Assembly (NCBI GenBank): GCA_026416955.1
Contig: JAOAEE010000065.1
Location: 14,471-78,470, forward strand
DNA length: 64,000 bases
Reading direction: 5' to 3'
Source: Ignavibacteria bacterium
GTDB lineage: Bacteria > Bacteroidota > Ignavibacteria > Kapaibacteriales > UBA2268
Positions within the stretch are counted from its first letter, which is position 1. Each line of letters opens with the position of its first letter. Made by a program: the position numbers and the translations under genes. This document shows positions 50,794-60,722 of the stretch, in pieces. The notes under the pieces were generated by a model that worked only from the letters and a program-made list of their open reading frames with translations, ran no database searches and was not told where the DNA came from.

Positions 50794-52215
50794 TTAAATT
50801 AATTTGCGAATAATATACTCGTAAGCAGATTTTAACCTTTCGTCGAAAAGCAGATTTCGTTCAGTAATATTTATTGCGTGAAGAACAGTTGAATGGTCCC
50901 GATTTCCAAAGTGTTTACCAATAGTTTCTAAAGTTGAATTTGTGAGTTCTTTGGATATATACATTGCAAGTTGTCTTGGTACAACTAATTCTTTTTTTCT
51001 TGATTTTGATTCCAAATCATTTGGATCAACGTTGAAATAATGGGAAACAGCATTTTTAATTTTATCTATTGTGAGTATTTTGGAACTACGAATATGTTTT
51101 GTTCGAAGGATTTCTCGGACAAGGTCGACATTGGGTTTTTTATTTCCAATAGCCACTTGAGCAACTAAACTAATAATCACGCCCTCGATTTCCCTAATGT
51201 TCGAAGTAACGTTTTGGGCAATAAATTCAATTACATCTACTGGCAATTCTAAACCTTCGTTCTCGCTTTTTTTCTTTGTAATTGCTATGCGAGTTTCTAA
51301 TTCTGGTGGTTCAATGTATGCTAAAACTCCCCATTGGAAACGACTAATTAATCTTTCATCTAAATCTTTGAGTTCTTTTGGTGCTTTATCGCTTGTAAGT
51401 ACTATTTGTTTTCCTGCTTGATGTAATGTATTGAAAGTATGGAAGAAATGGTCTTGGATTTTCCCCTTGTTTTGGAAAAATTGAATATCATCGATTAAAA
51501 GAACGTCCACGCTTCTATATAACTGCATAAAATCATTCATATTGTTGTTTTTAATTGCGTCGATAAAGTTGTTAGCGAAGTTTTCACTTGTTGAATAAAG
51601 TACTTGTACATTTGGATGATTGACAAGGATAAAATTGCCAATTGCTTGAATAAGATGGGTTTTCCCTAAACCAGTATTTCCATAAATAATTAGAGGATTA
51701 AATTTTGTTTGCAAGGGATTTTTTGCAATTGCCAAACAAGAAGAATAAGCAAATTCATTGCTATCGCCAACAACGAAATTATCGAAAGTGTAATTTGGTG
51801 CAAGATTTGGGTTGTAATTTAATTTTTGTAATGCATTTATTCGAACTTGTTCTTGGGCAAGAGCATTCGAACTTGGGATTTTAATTCTTGATGTTTCTGG
51901 TTGATTTGTGTCCAATATGACCTGGTATTTCAACTTTGTGTTTTCCCCAAAAAACTTTGTTAAACCAGTTTTAATAAGGTCGTAATAATGTTCGTCTAAC
52001 CACTCACAGTAGAATTGGGAAGGTACTTCTACAAGAAGTTCGTTGTCAATATATTTGATTGGTTTTATTGGAATGAACCAGGTTCTAAAAATGTGGGTAG
52101 AAACATTATTTTTTACAAAACGTAAGAATTTTTTCCAATTTACAGAAAGATTGTTATCATCATTCAATGAATATTCTGTATCAATTAAAGAACCCGATAG
52201 CATTTCCTTAATCAT
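50794..52215 (-). CDS. dnaA: Chromosomal replication initiator DnaA
   Basis: YTFDNFVVG, GNTGLGKTH, LLIDDIQF, RLISRFQWG, RDHSTVLHA; AGGAGG SD 6 nt before ATG 52215. Confidence 0.97.
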   Translation of the reverse strand: MIKEMLSGSLIDTEYSLNDDNNLSVNWKKFLRFVKNNVSTHIFRTWFIPIKPIKYIDNELLVEVPSQFYCEWLDEHYYDLIKTGLTKFFGENTKLKYQVILDTNQPETSRIKIPSSNALAQEQVRINALQKLNYNPNLAPNYTFDNFVVGDSNEFAYSSCLAIAKNPLQTKFNPLIIYGNTGLGKTHLIQAIGNFILVNHPNVQVLYSTSENFANNFIDAIKNNNMNDFMQLYRSVDVLLIDDIQFFQNKGKIQDHFFHTFNTLHQAGKQIVLTSDKAPKELKDLDERLISRFQWGVLAYIEPPELETRIAITKKKSENEGLELPVDVIEFIAQNVTSNIREIEGVIISLVAQVAIGNKKPNVDLVREILRTKHIRSSKILTIDKIKNAVSHYFNVDPNDLESKSRKKELVVPRQLAMYISKELTNSTLETIGKHFGNRDHSTVLHAINITERNLLFDERLKSAYEYIIRKLI

Positions 52216-52523
52216 CAAAAGCCTCCTTCAATTTTTGACAAAACAAGAACCCTTCAATTTCTAAAAATTGATTATCATTGAATTCTCTAAATTGATAGTT
52301 TTTTTTGAAAAAATCCATATTATTTTTTCGATTTTTTGTATATGATATATTTGTTTGTTTTTTCATTTTGAAAATCAATGGTTTCTGTAAAAATTTTGTA
52401 AAAAATTGATTAATGTTTTATAAGAATTCAACGAAATTCTTTATTCATTTGGTTTTACGCAGTGTAGATATTCAACCAATTTTTTTCTCAAAGAAAAAAA
52501 GCAAGTTTGAAAAATAATTTAAG

Positions 52524-53510
52524 TTACTTGTAAGGTGGGTTCCCAAGGTAAAAGAAACTCAGCACTTCTCCAATTTTTACAAAATTGTTGCTACTAATCT
52601 TTGTTTTTTTTCCAAAAGAGTATAATATCTCAAGCATTCCTTGTTGTTGCCAAATAAAATTTTGGGGTATATTTTTGAATTTTCGGGTTAATATTCCATA
52701 AGAATTCAAAGCAGGAGTGGACCAAAACCATACGAATAAACTAATTCTTTGCTCCTCATTTGCAATAGCCAATGATAAAGGGAGCAAACAATTCAGAATA
52801 ATTTCTCTTCTCAAGTGGCTACCTTCGCTGTGAATTCTGTGTTTCATAATTGTGAAAAGGCGTTCTGGAATATTGAATTCTACATTTTTTTGGATGTCAA
52901 TAAGAAAGCTGAGCATTTCGGATTCAACCAATTTCCCTATTAGTTCCTCGGTGTCAATTTTATTGTAAATAGGTCTATGTTTTTTTGATTGGTATTTACC
53001 CAAGAATGTTTTTATGGAAAGTTCAAATGCGTCTTTGATTTTCAATTTTTGTAACAATATTTTTGCATCCGATGTCTTGCGTAGTAACCTCAGAAGTGCA
53101 TAGTTTTGAATTTCGTCAAGTGAATCAAGAAATTCGTTTGGTTCGAGGTTTATTACGCCATCATCTAAATTTGGTAGTTCATCTTGATTAATTACAAGAG
53201 TTTCGAATTCATTGTTAAGGTTTGTGTCATTGTTGAAAACTATGTGTATACCAACTTTCTTGTATTCTGGGTCTAAAATATGATTATGCAAATTCCACTC
53301 GGATGCATTTTTGTGGAACTCGCAATCGCAAATAATTATTGAGCCATTTAGCAAGATAGCAACTTCACGAAAATCTGGTCCTTTTTCTTTGTTGATGTAG
53401 CCAGGGGATAAAAATTGCAATCTTTTTCCGCTTACGGTAGTGAATACTCTCGATGGGTCGGATATTAATTTATGTATTTTCTTCTGTAAGTAATTTTCTT
53501 TCTCTTTCAT
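52524..53510 (-). CDS. DUF2851 family protein
   Basis: SPG.IN...GPDF, EFH...EWNLHNH..DPEY...IHIV; C-terminal IILNCLLP. Confidence 0.78.
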   Translation of the reverse strand: MKEKENYLQKKIHKLISDPSRVFTTVSGKRLQFLSPGYINKEKGPDFREVAILLNGSIIICDCEFHKNASEWNLHNHILDPEYKKVGIHIVFNNDTNLNNEFETLVINQDELPNLDDGVINLEPNEFLDSLDEIQNYALLRLLRKTSDAKILLQKLKIKDAFELSIKTFLGKYQSKKHRPIYNKIDTEELIGKLVESEMLSFLIDIQKNVEFNIPERLFTIMKHRIHSEGSHLRREIILNCLLPLSLAIANEEQRISLFVWFWSTPALNSYGILTRKFKNIPQNFIWQQQGMLEILYSFGKKTKISSNNFVKIGEVLSFFYLGNPPYK

Positions 53511-54307
53511 ACATCAACTAAGGTTAAATTCTCGTAGTAAAATCTTGTTCTTTCGATTATTTTTTGTTCAAAGTCTTTTTCGGAAGAAGCAAAAATAATA
53601 TCTCTAGAGACATTTACTATTAAGTTTTTGTTATTATTTAAAAATAGTATTTTTCCGAGGTTCCCACCTTGTGTTCCTATTCCCGGTAAAAGAATGAAAT
53701 GTTCATTGGTTTGATCGCGAATTAAAGAAAATTCCTTTTCATTCGTTGCACCAACGACAAAGCCTAAATTACTTTGGTCGAATCTAGCTAACAGTCTTTT
53801 TAGGATTATTTCATAAAGTTTTGCATCGTTTATTTCAAGTTTTTGAAAATCCGATGCACCGGGATTGGATGTACATATTAAGACAAAGTTTAACTTGTCG
53901 GGATATTCGAAAAAAGGTTCTAACGAGTCTATTCCTAGAAATGGATTTAATGTAGCACAATCGAACTTGAAGTGTTCATAAAATGCTTTTGCATATGCTT
54001 TCGAAGTATTTCCAATATCTGCTCTTTTTCCATCTGCGATTGTTACAATGTTTTTGGGTATTATCTCAAGGGTTTTTTCGATGATTTCTATTCCTTTCGA
54101 ACCAAATTGCTCGTAGAATGCAAAATTGATTTTATATGCACAAACAAACTTCCAAGTGCAATTGATTATTATTTTGTTGAATTCCAAAATGCCAAGTGTA
54201 TCCTTTGCGAGCCCCTTTGGAATTTTTTCGATTTGGGGGTCCAATCCAATACACAATCTGGTGTTGTTGGTTTTCTGGATACTGATTAATTTTTCAAAAG
54301 CTAGCAT
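53507..54307 (-). CDS. pyrF: Orotidine-5'-phosphate decarboxylase
   Basis: LCIGLDP, YKINFAFYE, DGKRADIGNT, TSNPG, VVGAT, PGIGTQGG. Confidence 0.95.
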   Translation of the reverse strand: MLAFEKLISIQKTNNTRLCIGLDPQIEKIPKGLAKDTLGILEFNKIIINCTWKFVCAYKINFAFYEQFGSKGIEIIEKTLEIIPKNIVTIADGKRADIGNTSKAYAKAFYEHFKFDCATLNPFLGIDSLEPFFEYPDKLNFVLICTSNPGASDFQKLEINDAKLYEIILKRLLARFDQSNLGFVVGATNEKEFSLIRDQTNEHFILLPGIGTQGGNLGKILFLNNNKNLIVNVSRDIIFASSEKDFEQKIIERTRFYYENLTLVDV

Positions 54308-54309
54308 AA

Positions 54310-55143
54310 TTAGTAAATTTCTGGAACATAAGTAAATTCTTGAATTGGTGGTCTAACATATGAATTATCGATTTTCCTTGGGGGTAGTTCAATTGGCTTT
54401 GGGGTTACATCTTCGTATGGAATCATTGATAGTATGTGGGCAATGCAATTCAAACGAGCTTTTCTTTTATCATCGGCATTAACACAATACCAAGGGGAAA
54501 TTTTGGTATCAGTATATTTAAACATCTCATCTTTTGCTTTAGAATATTCAACCCATTTGTTCCAACTCGCAAGGTCAATTTCTGAAAGTTTCCATCTTTT
54601 TTTGGGGTCGGTTGCTCTTTCTCGGAACCGCTTTTCTTGTTCCTCATCGCTAATTGAGAACCAATACTTTAGTAGAATAATACCGCTACGGATTAACATT
54701 TTTTCGAATTCCGGACAGGAGCGGAGGAATTCCCAATATTCTTCTTCTGTGCAGAATCCCATAACTCTTTCAACCCCAGCCCGATTATACCAACTTCGGT
54801 CAAAAATCACGATTTCACCAGCTGATGGTAAATGTGCCACATAGCGTTGGAAATACCATTGGGTTCTTTCACGGTCGGAGGGTTTTTCTAATGCTACAAC
54901 TCTACAGCCCCGGGGATTCAAAGGCTCAGTAATCCGCTTGATTGTTCCACCTTTACCCGCAGCATCCCTTCCCTCGAAAATAATAACAACTTTCAACCCC
55001 TTATGTTTTACCCAATATTGAAGTTTTACAAGTTCTAATTGAAGTTTTGCAAGCTCTTGCTCGTAAAATTTCTTGTGAAGTTTGCCTTTTTCGTTGTACT
55101 TAGGAATTGGTTCATAATCTTTTTCCTTGTCTTTGTGCCCCAT
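54310..55143 (-). CDS. ppk2: Polyphosphate kinase 2
   Basis: FEGRDAAGKGG, FDRSWYNRAGVERVMGFC. Confidence 0.97.
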   Translation of the reverse strand: MGHKDKEKDYEPIPKYNEKGKLHKKFYEQELAKLQLELVKLQYWVKHKGLKVVIIFEGRDAAGKGGTIKRITEPLNPRGCRVVALEKPSDRERTQWYFQRYVAHLPSAGEIVIFDRSWYNRAGVERVMGFCTEEEYWEFLRSCPEFEKMLIRSGIILLKYWFSISDEEQEKRFRERATDPKKRWKLSEIDLASWNKWVEYSKAKDEMFKYTDTKISPWYCVNADDKRKARLNCIAHILSMIPYEDVTPKPIELPPRKIDNSYVRPPIQEFTYVPEIY

Positions 55144-55159
55144 AACTTACCCTTAATGT

Positions 55160-55717
55160 TTAACATTCATAAGAGAAAAATAATATGTTTGTATCTCCAT
55201 AATTTTTTTTGTTAAACATTTTGAAATTGGGATTTTCGTTTATTGTTTCTTTGTTTGAAATTTCAATAATGAAGATAGTCCCATATTTTGCAATCTTTTT
55301 TATCCCATTGTGCGAAATTAATTTATTGTTAAGTTCTAAACCGTATGGTGGGTCCGAAAAAACCAAGTCGAATTTTTTTTCGCTTTGGTAGCTTCTTAAA
55401 AAAGAAAAAACATCAGCAAAAGTAATTTTGTATTTTTCTTTTTCTATGTTTAAAGTATTAAGATTAGATGAAATAATCTCTATTGCAACCTTATTATTGT
55501 CTACAAATTGACAAAAAGAAGCACCACGGCTAAGTGCTTCGATACCGAGCATTCCGGTTCCTGCAAACAAATCCAATACGATTAGATTTTCGAAATTTAT
55601 GTAGTTTGCAAGTGTATCGAAAATTGCTTCGCGAACGAAATCGGAAGTTGGTCTAATATTCCTGGATATTTTATGTTTAAAGGTTTTTCCTTTGAAGTTT
55701 CCGCCTACAACTCGCAT
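55160..55717 (-). CDS. rsmD: 16S rRNA m2G966 methyltransferase
   Basis: MRVVGG (ATG at 55717, TAATG overlap with upstream stop), IRPTSD, LDLFAGTG, DPPY, YGDT. Confidence 0.93.
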   Translation of the reverse strand: MRVVGGNFKGKTFKHKISRNIRPTSDFVREAIFDTLANYINFENLIVLDLFAGTGMLGIEALSRGASFCQFVDNNKVAIEIISSNLNTLNIEKEKYKITFADVFSFLRSYQSEKKFDLVFSDPPYGLELNNKLISHNGIKKIAKYGTIFIIEISNKETINENPNFKMFNKKNYGDTNILFFSYEC

Positions 55718-56643
55718 TAGTAAATCTTTATTCTTTTGTGAAATTCGGGTAAGATTGAGCCAACGCAAGGTGCGAAGTGGTGTGCAATTCTTGCGCACAA
55801 TTGCTTTGTGGGGGCATCGAGTTCACTTGTTACAAGGCGAAATGGATTTAACCTTTGAATTTTTTCAACTTTGTTCTTCAATTGTAATGAAATTTTTTCG
55901 AGCAAAACTTTGTTTAGATGGGAACCAAAAAAGAATAAAGAATCAATGGTAATGTTAAGTTCCTTGGCAATTTTTTCAAAATTTTGTTGAATAAGGTTTG
56001 GAATTTGCTCCTGAGAATTGTATTTGATTAGATTGTATGCAAAGAAATCTTGGTTCCTAACGATGCTATAATCAATGAATTTGTCGGAGATGTTGAATAT
56101 ACCAACTATTTTGCTTTTTTCTTCTGGGTAGTTGTAGAGCAAAGAATTGTGTGCTGAAATTTGACTAATTTCTATTCTTTCGACTATTTTCCCAACCTTG
56201 TTTGCAATGGTTTTGATTCCTTGAAATATCTTTTTGGGAATAATTGCAGCAAGATAATAAGTATGTTCTTTCCTAGGCATTAATTCAAAAAGATGGGTAG
56301 GGAATTCTTCTGTATTGAATTGTGGATATTGTTGGCGAATCTCAATGTTTATTACAGACAAGATTTCATTCGTTGAAATGTTTGGACGACCGGGGAATTG
56401 GGTCAATATTACATATTCCATCGGAATAGACACAGAAATTATATTAGTAAATTCTACGAAATCGTTTAGTAATCCATATAGTTCTTTTAAAGGAATTTCA
56501 TTGCTGGGATTATCTATGTTTTCAAGGTCAATAGGGTCGGTTGTAGTTCCAATGTTTTTAAGATTTAACCCATTAGATGTCATTTCCAAAAGAGCCAAAT
56601 ATGTCCTTTCTGGTGAAAAAAATATTGATAAGATGCTATTCAT
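55717..56643 (-). CDS. Divergent PilM-like (actin-fold) protein
   Basis: Overall pattern ISVSIP...EIRQQYP...EISQISAHN...LFFFG...LNPF resembles PilM; canonical ATP-binding motifs are eroded. Confidence 0.55.
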   Translation of the reverse strand: MNSILSIFFSPERTYLALLEMTSNGLNLKNIGTTTDPIDLENIDNPSNEIPLKELYGLLNDFVEFTNIISVSIPMEYVILTQFPGRPNISTNEILSVINIEIRQQYPQFNTEEFPTHLFELMPRKEHTYYLAAIIPKKIFQGIKTIANKVGKIVERIEISQISAHNSLLYNYPEEKSKIVGIFNISDKFIDYSIVRNQDFFAYNLIKYNSQEQIPNLIQQNFEKIAKELNITIDSLFFFGSHLNKVLLEKISLQLKNKVEKIQRLNPFRLVTSELDAPTKQLCARIAHHFAPCVGSILPEFHKRIKIY

Positions 56644-56659
56644 AAATTTATTCCAAATT

Positions 56660-57838
56660 TTATTTTTTTCTTGTTTGTCTGAGAGTTTTGAAATAATAGA
56701 TGGAACTAATTAGTTCCTTTTCAAAACCAATTTCTTGAATGTGGGCAACATCTAATTTTGGTACATAATATAGAAAATCAGCTAAATGAATAATTGTAGC
56801 AAAATTCAAATGGCTTCTATCCAACAATGAAGGTTGGTGGTGGTACGCTACTGCTTCGACTATTTGTAGTGGGAAGCCCCAAAGCCCGAGTAAATATGCT
56901 CCAATTTGGGCGTGGGTACATTCGTATATTTCCAATTCTGCATCTAAATTGTCAATCGACTTTTGTTCAGAAAGAATCATTACATTTTGTGGGTATGTGT
57001 AAGTATTTAAAAGAACAAATTTACCAACATCGTGAAGTACTCCGGCTGTATAAGCGCTATCTATTTCATATTTTTCTTTTAAGTACTTGTTTGCAAGGTG
57101 GTATGTATTCGATGCAACAACAAGGCTATGCTGCCAAAATTTTTCAAGATGTTTTCTGTTTTCTGTTGTCACCTTGAAATTCGAAAATAGATGAATGTAG
57201 AAAATTAATGATTTAATCACATTAACTCCAAGGTAGGATAATGCAAAATTGATATTGGTAATTTCCCTTTGCAAACCAAAGTATGCCGAATTTACAATTT
57301 GTAAAATTTTTGCAGTAAGATTTGGGTCCTTGGAGATTAAGTTTGAAATTTTGGTGAGCGAAAAATCTGGCTTAGAAATTTCTTGTTCTATTTGTAAATA
57401 AATTTCGGGTAAGGATGGGAGTGTTGTTGTATTTTTAACTAATTCTGTAACTTTTTCATTTTTTAAAATAGATTGTAAATGTAATGTTCTTTCAATTCTT
57501 TCTTTAATATTTTCTTTGGTATATGGAGGTGTAACAAATTGATGAACATAATGAGTAATTTGGGCAATGGTTTGGTTTTCAAGATTTGGTACAAGTGCAT
57601 ATCGAACAACTTCTGGGAATAGTCTTTTAATATCGTGTAAAAGGTTCGAGCCAGAAGCTAAAACTATGTTTGGGCTAGCAAACACAATGTCAATTTTGTT
57701 GTTTGCTAAGATTTGAAGACCTCTGTCTCCATTTTCAGCAAAGAAAACATCGAATTCGTCTTGGATTGGAATAATGTTTTTTACTATTTCTTTTACTATT
57801 TGTTCGTCGTTGACAATGAAAAGAATACTTGTTTTCAT
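56660..57838 (-). CDS. HDOD-domain protein with N-terminal (pseudo)receiver domain
   Basis: LPSLP, DPNLTAKILQIVNSAYFG, FWQHS, LHDVGK, THAQIGAYLLGLWGFP. Confidence 0.92.
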   Translation of the reverse strand: MKTSILFIVNDEQIVKEIVKNIIPIQDEFDVFFAENGDRGLQILANNKIDIVFASPNIVLASGSNLLHDIKRLFPEVVRYALVPNLENQTIAQITHYVHQFVTPPYTKENIKERIERTLHLQSILKNEKVTELVKNTTTLPSLPEIYLQIEQEISKPDFSLTKISNLISKDPNLTAKILQIVNSAYFGLQREITNINFALSYLGVNVIKSLIFYIHLFSNFKVTTENRKHLEKFWQHSLVVASNTYHLANKYLKEKYEIDSAYTAGVLHDVGKFVLLNTYTYPQNVMILSEQKSIDNLDAELEIYECTHAQIGAYLLGLWGFPLQIVEAVAYHHQPSLLDRSHLNFATIIHLADFLYYVPKLDVAHIQEIGFEKELISSIYYFKTLRQTRKK

Positions 57839-57888
57839 AATCCTAAAAAATGAAATAATAAATTACAAAAAAATATTTTAAACAAAAA

Positions 57889-59196
57889 TTATTCCATATT
57901 TTGATGCACTCTTTCCCAAAAAGATGAAGAAAAATTTGGGTCTTTATAGTAAATAAATCTATGAATCTCTGGAAAAGATTTCAAAAATGTATTCGGTTTC
58001 ATTCTTGCGTCTTTCGCTGGATATAAGGCTCCTCCGAATTCAATAATCATTTCGTCAACTTTGTCCAGTGTTGAAAATACTGTGTTTCCGATTGGAAAAT
58101 CTATTGCAAGTGTCAAACCATCTTTTGGAAATGAAAGTAGTCCCGGTTTTGGAAAGTTTCCGAAGGTTTTTAAAACTGTCAAAAAGGAAGTAAGACCACT
58201 TTTTTTAAATTCGTTTACAATCGATAAAAGATTTTTTTCGCAATTTTCCCTTGGGATTACAAATTGGTACTGGAGGAATCCTTTCCTCCCATATAAATAA
58301 TTCCAGTTGTTAACACCATCAAGGGGATAAAAAAACTTATCATAATCGACAATTTGCTCGGCAAAATTGTCAAATTGTTTCGAGTAGTATAAACTATTGA
58401 AAAGAAAATTAGAAAATCTATTGATTAAAGAAAAAGGCAAAACAAACGGAATGTTGATTTTGTTACTTTTTATTTTTTTTCTTAGTGAAATATTAGTATG
58501 ATTTGCTCTTTGGTAAATGCCCCTAATAGCATTTATCCCACCATTAGTAACGTCTACCCAAGCGACGGTGTAGTCGAATTTTTTTTCGGAATCCTCATTG
58601 ATTCTGAAAAATTCATCTAAGGTTTTGAATTTAATAGTTTCGAGGTAGAGATACTCGCTTTCTATCTTTTTTAACGAGAGTTCAGCCGTTAATATTAGAC
58701 CAGTAAGACCTAAGCCCCCAATTGTTGCAAAAAATAACTCGTAGTTTTCATTTTTGGAGCAAAAATACTTCTTTCCATCTGAGCGTAAGAGTTCAAAGTT
58801 GTTTACATATCGTCCGAATGAACCAGAATTGTGGTGATTTTTTCCGTGTACATCGTTTGCAATAGCGCCGCCAAGTGTGATAAATTTTGTTCCCGGTGTT
58901 ACTGGAAGGAACCAACCATATGGAATTACTAATTTTAAAATCTGTTCGAGTGTTACACCGCTTTCGCATTTAAGAATTCCTTTATTTGAGTCAAAATGTA
59001 TGAAATGGTTCAATAGTGTAGTGTCCAAAAGTATTCCATTTTTGTTGAGACAAACATCCCCATAACTTCGCCCTAAGCCATAGGGTAGTACTTTCAAATT
59101 ATTATTGAAAGGTATTAATTCGTCTCTCCATAGAATTTTTTCAACTTTTTGGAAGGGATGTTTAGGGTAGCGTCCCCAAGATTCATAATTTTTCAT
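57889..59196 (-). CDS. DprE1-like FAD-dependent polyprenyl-phosphoribose 2'-oxidase
   Basis: SWGRYP, GLGRSYGD, PVTPGTKFITLGGAIANDVHGKNHH, YGRKGFLQYQF, LAIDF, YPAKD. Confidence 0.9.
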   Translation of the reverse strand: MKNYESWGRYPKHPFQKVEKILWRDELIPFNNNLKVLPYGLGRSYGDVCLNKNGILLDTTLLNHFIHFDSNKGILKCESGVTLEQILKLVIPYGWFLPVTPGTKFITLGGAIANDVHGKNHHNSGSFGRYVNNFELLRSDGKKYFCSKNENYELFFATIGGLGLTGLILTAELSLKKIESEYLYLETIKFKTLDEFFRINEDSEKKFDYTVAWVDVTNGGINAIRGIYQRANHTNISLRKKIKSNKINIPFVLPFSLINRFSNFLFNSLYYSKQFDNFAEQIVDYDKFFYPLDGVNNWNYLYGRKGFLQYQFVIPRENCEKNLLSIVNEFKKSGLTSFLTVLKTFGNFPKPGLLSFPKDGLTLAIDFPIGNTVFSTLDKVDEMIIEFGGALYPAKDARMKPNTFLKSFPEIHRFIYYKDPNFSSSFWERVHQNME

Positions 59197-60629
59197 AACA
59201 AAAATGCCATTAACCAAGTAACAATCATAATAAACTCTATAGCAAGAAGATACGGATTTTTTAAAGCTTCCATAACTGGGTCGTTATCTACTTTGCCTTT
59301 TTGAGCAAAAAACCAAATAAACATCAACCATAATAAAAGGAGAAATGCATCTATCCATAAAAGTGAAGGGAATTTGTAAAGCTCCCAAACTTTTTCACTA
59401 TTAATGTAAAGTATAAACACAATAACTGAGGCAAATGAACTAGAAATTCCAAATGTTTGAATAAAGTTGGTAAAATCAATATTGTATGGTCGCCCAGAGA
59501 TATTCCCCTCGGCATTAGAAGAGATTTTAAGTTCCGTGAATCTCTTTAAAGTAGCAAGGGATAGGAAAAAGAACATTGAAAAAGCAAGGAGCCAATTCGA
59601 AATAGGAATATTGGTTGCAAGTCCACCTGCGTAAAGTCTTAGAACATAAAAAACGGATAGCAGGAAAACATCGAAAATAAATAATTGTTTTATTTTTAAA
59701 GAATATAGAAAATTCAATAAAACATATAAAAAGCAGACAAATGCAAACCAAAGATTGATTTCAAAAGAAAGGAAAAAACCTAAGATAAGTAAAATGAGAG
59801 AAATGAAGAAAGCAGTATAAAAAGAAATCATTCCGCTTGCAATTGGGCGAAATTTCTTCTTAGGATGTTTTCTATCATTTTCAATATCAATTATGTCATT
59901 CAGAATATACATTGATGATGCAATAAGAGAAAAAGCAAAAAAAGCAATAACACTTTGTGTCCAAACAGAAAAATCAAAAAACTTATGGGCTAAAAGTATC
60001 GGGGCAAAAATTAAAATGTTTTTTATCCATTGGTGTATTCGAATAAGTTTTAAAAAATTAGAAATTTTTGTTTTATTCTCTAATAAGTTTCCAGAAAAAT
60101 TTTTTGTTTGTTTTTTTAGAAGAAACTGAACGAATCTGGAATTAGAAACCAATATTGCATTTTTCGAAATTTTCCAAATGTGGAAATCGCAAATTGAATC
60201 ACCAATATAAGTGAAATTAAATTTCCCAAGTTTTTCTTCTAAAAATTTTGCTTTGGTTTTCCCTTTCATCAAAATTTCCTCGTTCGAGCCGTACACTTCG
60301 TCGAATATTTGAAGTGTATTATTGATATTATCTGCGATTTTTTGATTGGAAGCAGTTACCAACAATAGTTTATTATTGTTCCTTTTTGCCTCAAGTAGAT
60401 AGTCAATTGTTTCTGTTCGATAAGGGAGATTTTGATAGTCTATGTTCACATATTCAGAGAGTTTTTTCTTTAAAAACCTTCTCGATTTGAATAGCCATAT
60501 CAATATTAAAAATATTCTTAAAGGATTTTGTTTTAGGAATGAAGTGATTTGTTCAATTAGTAAATCTGTGGAAATAAGAGTGTAATCTAAGTCGACGCAT
60601 ACAACTTCAGTTTGTTTTTTTTCTTCCAT
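59193..60629 (-). CDS. UbiA-family polyprenyl-phosphate phosphoribosyltransferase with N-terminal HAD-like domain
   Basis: HAD VDLDYTL...YIGDS; UbiA RIHQWIKN, YILNDIIDIENDRKHPKKKFRPIASG, KRFTE, DP. Confidence 0.9.
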   Translation of the reverse strand: MEEKKQTEVVCVDLDYTLISTDLLIEQITSFLKQNPLRIFLILIWLFKSRRFLKKKLSEYVNIDYQNLPYRTETIDYLLEAKRNNNKLLLVTASNQKIADNINNTLQIFDEVYGSNEEILMKGKTKAKFLEEKLGKFNFTYIGDSICDFHIWKISKNAILVSNSRFVQFLLKKQTKNFSGNLLENKTKISNFLKLIRIHQWIKNILIFAPILLAHKFFDFSVWTQSVIAFFAFSLIASSMYILNDIIDIENDRKHPKKKFRPIASGMISFYTAFFISLILLILGFFLSFEINLWFAFVCFLYVLLNFLYSLKIKQLFIFDVFLLSVFYVLRLYAGGLATNIPISNWLLAFSMFFFLSLATLKRFTELKISSNAEGNISGRPYNIDFTNFIQTFGISSSFASVIVFILYINSEKVWELYKFPSLLWIDAFLLLLWLMFIWFFAQKGKVDNDPVMEALKNPYLLAIEFIMIVTWLMAFLL

Positions 60630-60722
60630 TTTTTAAAAATAAAAATGCAAAAATAATAATGATTGCACTAACTTTTGTGCATAAATCAACAATTAAATAT
60701 TATTGCAGTTGTAAAAAAGATA

